Below, in pieces: positions 59,864 through 64,000 of a stretch of DNA of 64,000 nt (the first letter of the stretch is position 1; every line of letters starts with the position of its first letter). The notes under the pieces are model-generated. The model was not told the origin of the DNA and did not search any database. It saw only the letters and a program-made list of their open reading frames with translations. The position numbers and the translations under genes are program-made. Source of the DNA: Octopus vulgaris (taxonomy: Eukaryota). The stretch lies in contig OX597829.1 in NCBI GenBank assembly GCA_951406725.2, forward strand, positions 13,764,001 to 13,828,000. The letters are read 5' to 3'.

Positions 59864-60577
59864 CATGCCACATACAAAAGAAGCCTTGGAACTGTCAGAA
59901 TTTCAAAGAGGCCGCATTGTGGGGCATTCTGAAGGTGGACGTAGCGTAAAATCGCATAAAAATAATCTTGGGATCCCGCTTTCTACAGTTAATAGAGTGA
60001 TTGTGCAATTCTCTAGGGAGGAGAAGGAGTCCACATCGTCTCGCCCAGATCAACCAGGGCTCTCTGACAGGACCTTTCTCTTTGTTAAGAGAAGTGTGGA
60101 AGATAATCCTCGTTGCAAGGCTTCTAACATAGAAGAACAAGTTGATGTCAGTCCCAGAGCAGCTGTCAGGTATCTCCACAAACTTGGCTTCTATGGCAGA
60201 GCAGCTAACATCAAGCGGAGAAAAGATTGGCCAGTGAGATGGTGGAGAGACATTTGAGGACACCGATGAGTTCAGACTTGCTGTATTTCTTGACAGTGGT
60301 TGAGTGTGGGTCTGTAGACTCAGTGATCAAGACTTTGATGTGAAGAGATTGCAGCCAACAATGAAACACGACAGCTATTCTGTGATTGTCTGAGGAGTAA
60401 CTTGGAGCCATGGTTGATGAGGGGTGATGGAGTGTGAGGGAAACAGAAACTCAGATAAATATGTGTCCATATTGCAGAAACGACTCCTTCCTCTGCTAGC
60501 CAGTGGTGAAATGCTTAAAGAAGACGCTTTATTTATGGTAGATGAGGCTCGTTGTCACACGGCTAAAATGACCCAAG
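59864..60577 (+). pseudogene. Tc1-like transposase remnant
   Basis: MP...[12 protein letters not shown]...[12 protein letters not shown] (paired-like HTH); DKYVSILQKRLLP...LFMVDEARCHTAK (decayed QDNAPCH). Confidence 0.85.
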
Positions 60578-60735
60578 ATTTGTGTATTAAGGCTACCATT
60601 GGTTTCATGTTAAGGAATACATTCCACAATTATCAAGCCTATCACAAATCGAGAACACCGATGTTTCCATGTGACAGGCTTGAAAATTGTTGAGGTGGTC
60701 CTTAACACAAAACCAATGGTAGCCTTAACACAAAT
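60578..60735. repeat. Imperfect foldback, ~68-bp arms
   Basis: taaggctaccattggttt / aaaccaatggtagcctta and acaattatcaagcctatcaca / tgtgacaggcttgaaaattgt. Confidence 0.85.
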
Positions 60736-60925
60736 AAAGTGTGTGTGTGTGTGTATGTGTGTGTGCGTGTGTATGTATGTATGTATACGGATATATATAT
60801 ATATATATATAGTGTAATAAATAAAATATATGCATACATACAAACATATATGTACGTACCTACATCTACATGTATATATACATGCATATATATAAATATA
60901 TACGTGAGTACAGGACACCACAACT

Positions 60926-61046
60926 AGACGTAGAACTCAACGAAAAACGAAAACGGAAAAACCATTTTTTACAACAGAAAAACAGAGACGTAGAACTCAA
61001 CGAGAAACGAAAACGGAAAAACCATTTTTTTACAACAGAAAAACAG
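60926..61046 (+). repeat. Two tandem ~60-bp units
   Basis: agacgtagaactcaacga...ttacaacagaaaaacag twice; gagtacaggaca on both sides. Confidence 0.9.
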
Positions 61047-61956
61047 AGTACAGGACATACTACACAAGGAAAAATCCCCTTCATCAGCTGTCACTAGTTC
61101 GATTCAAGCGTGTTTCGAAGGCAAGACAGAACACGACTCGCCAAACTAGTCCTTCCTGCGAGAGAATTAAAATAAAATTACCTCGCATAGGGGTAAAAAC
61201 AAGCAAGAAAAAAATGTAACACAAACAGGACGTAAAAACGATACAAATAAAACTACAAAATAAAATACAAGATAAAAATACAAGTACAAGAAAATACAAT
61301 ACGAGAAATAAAAATAAACAAGGAAAACAAACGAAAAGGCCATTTTCTGGCTTAGACGGAGGAGGTTCTGGCAGCGCATGGGAACACAAATGTGTGTCTT
61401 TACAGTTTGAAGGCCGCGTGTAAAAGGAAGTAGTTTTGGCTAGCAGTGACAAAGATGAGGAGGAATGAGAGAGAGAGAGAGATAGAGGAAGACAAGCGGC
61501 TGAGAGAGAGATGAGGAAGAGTGAGAGAGAGAGAGAGAAGGGAAAGTAAAGCAAAGAGATAAGGAATTTCGCGTCATAATTATATATAAAACAGTACTGG
61601 GAGAATAAGAACGTAACGAAGCGAACGAATCGAATCTAGATAGATAGATAAATAGATAGATACAATATTATAGAATACAATTATAATTATAATTAAGGCA
61701 CAGACGCTACTATGCCTATACACTAGGCATGGTACCGTCTGTGCCCTTAATTTATTATTAGAAAGAGATGCCAAATACGTCCAACCACTATAAATTTTAC
61801 TTCAATATATACAAATTAAAAACGGGAAAAGTGGACCGACATAAAATTCGTAAAATAATTCAGATGGTTCTAGATTGATCAATTTCTGGATAAGTTTAAT
61901 AATTCTTCCTTCGCCACTAGAACATATTAGGCGAAATAAATGAAAACATTTATCCA

Positions 61957-62107
61957 TGGTTGTGTGGTGGTAGCTTTCTTCCCAACCACATAGTTCCAAG
62001 TTCAGTACCACTGCATGGCACCTTAGGCAAGTGTCTTCTGCTATAGCCTCGGGCCTACCAAAGCCTTGTGAGTGGATTTGGTAGATGGAAAATGAAAGAA
62101 GCCCGTA

Positions 62108-62164
<57 letters not shown>

Positions 62165-62167
62165 TAC

Positions 62168-62216
<49 letters not shown>

Positions 62217-62362
62217 TGGCCATATGGTAAGTAGCTTGCTTACCAACCACATTGTTCCGGGTTCAGTCCCACTGCGTGGAATCTTGGGAAAGTGTCTTCT
62301 ACTATAGCCTCTGGCCGACCAAAGCCTTGTGTGTGGACGGAAACTGAAAGAAGCCCGTCGTA

Positions 62363-62435
<73 letters not shown>

Positions 62436-62850
62436 GATATGTGTGTCTGTTTGTCTGTCTGTCTCTGTATGTAAGTATGTATATGATGGCTGTGTGGTAA
62501 GAAGCTTGCTTCGCAACTACATGGATCCGAGTACAGTCCCACTGCGTGGCACATTGAGCATGTCTTGTACTATAGCCTTGGGGTGACCAAAGCCTTGTGA
62601 GTAGATGAGATGGATGGAAACTGGAAGAAATCATCGCATGAATTTATATCTATGTGTGTCTTTGTGTCTGTGTTTGTTATCCTCCACCGCTTGACAACCA
62701 GTGTTGGTGCATTTATATTCCTGTGACCTAGCGGCTCGGCCCAAGACTTGGATACATTAAGTACTGGTTTTAAGAAAATAGGTACTGAGGTTAATTCATT
62801 CGACTGAAAATCCTTCAAGGTCTGATGACTGACGTAAGTAAAAGATAAAT
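61957..62850 (+). mobile_element. Three head-to-tail SINE heads separated by (TA)n; only the last has a tail
   Basis: Heads at ~61957, ~62215 and ~62487. Confidence 0.85.
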
Positions 62851-63128
62851 TATAAAGTTATTGTATATATTTTATATTATATATATATTTAAATGTATAT
62901 GTGTATGTACATATGCATACATATATACGTATATGTATGTGTAGGTGCACACAGTATACACTGGCACGTGCATACACACAGATGCACCCTTCCCCATATA
63001 TATACAGATATATATGTATACATAGTGTTTATGTGCATACATATATGAATATACATGTACATAACAGAGATCGGCGAGGGATCAATAAGCAAGTGTATTT
63101 ATTTGACGCTCAGAAAAAAATAGAAAAG

Positions 63129-63166
63129 TCCTTGACATTTCGAGCCTACGCTCTTCGACACAAAGA
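63129..63166 (-). ncRNA. Degenerate hammerhead-like motif, same family as 17076-17113
   Basis: RNA: UCUUU GUGUCGA A GAGC GUAG GCUC GAAAU GUC^ AAGGA. Confidence 0.5.
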
Positions 63167-64000
63167 AATGCAGAGAGAAAGCAAAAAAAATATGGAGAGA
63201 GGAAAAAAGTGTCAGAATTAATGGCTTCACATGTTGAGATGACCGGAATAAAGAGGCCGCTCGAGGGGAAAATAACAGTGATCGGCTGGACTTGGGTGCG
63301 CAAACGCACGTTTTTATATGAAATGTGTGTGAGCGAACTTAAGCTTATGTAAGCCTGTGTGTTTGTATGGGAGCGTGTGTGTGTGCAAGTGTATTATTAA
63401 ACAAGTACATGCACTGTGAGGAGCGATGGGGTCCATGTATTTATGTGTGTATGTGCGGACGTGTGTATCTATGAGGGAGTATGAGAGGATGTGTATGGTA
63501 TGCGTGTATGGCGGGGGCTATCAGATGTGTGTGCATGCCTGCAAAAGCATGAGCGTAGCAGCTAATGTGTGCGTGTGCGAGTAACGTGTGTATGTGTGTG
63601 TATTTGAGCATGAAATGTTTGTTTGTGTCTCAGGTATATGTGTGACACTATAATGTACGTGTGTATTGTGTGTGTTTTTATGCGTGAATATTCTCTCTGT
63701 GTGTATATGCGTGTGTGTGTATGTGAACGAGTGTAGTCACTGTTATCAGTTGGAGTTTGTGTATGGAGCAGTTGGATCAAGTATGTGTATATGGAGTTGA
63801 TATGCGTGATGTTCTGTGTCTGTGCATGTGTATGAGTAGTAAGGTGCTTTTATGTATGTGTTAGGTCATCCAGCATATATGTGTGTGTTGTACGGGAATG
63901 CATGGAGGAGCGAGGTGGGATAGGGGTGACGAGTGTTAGGAGTTTAAAGGTGTTGGGTGCTAATGTGTGTGGAGTAGGAAGGAGTGTGTGTGCATGTGCA

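Overview
AT-rich, microsatellite-saturated animal genomic DNA, most likely intergenic or intronic. The SINE families and repeat landscape look like Octopus; that is my recognition, not a database result. No intact host gene, RNA gene or CRISPR array is supportable, and most ORFs in the track are translations of simple repeats. The window is mainly a mosaic of retroelements, each tied to its own microsatellite. (1) At least three Dong/R4-type (RT + restriction-like endonuclease) families plus a ~550-bp non-coding element sit in (TAA)n. (2) Four copies of a Tx1/L1-type element abut (GATA)n. (3) A Penelope-like element (RT C-terminus + GIY-YIG) is flanked by inverted terminal copies. (4) An RTE 3' fragment with three C2H2 fingers and a bipartite non-autonomous RTE partner are present. 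(5) There are many tRNA-derived SINEs, plus Tc1/mariner, Helitron-like and CR1-like remnants. The most interesting signal is a set of minimal type-I hammerhead ribozyme motifs, several with non-canonical cores. Some lie in long head-to-head foldback elements, and one related copy begins at the predicted self-cleavage site. A 100-N assembly gap lies at 57195-57294.
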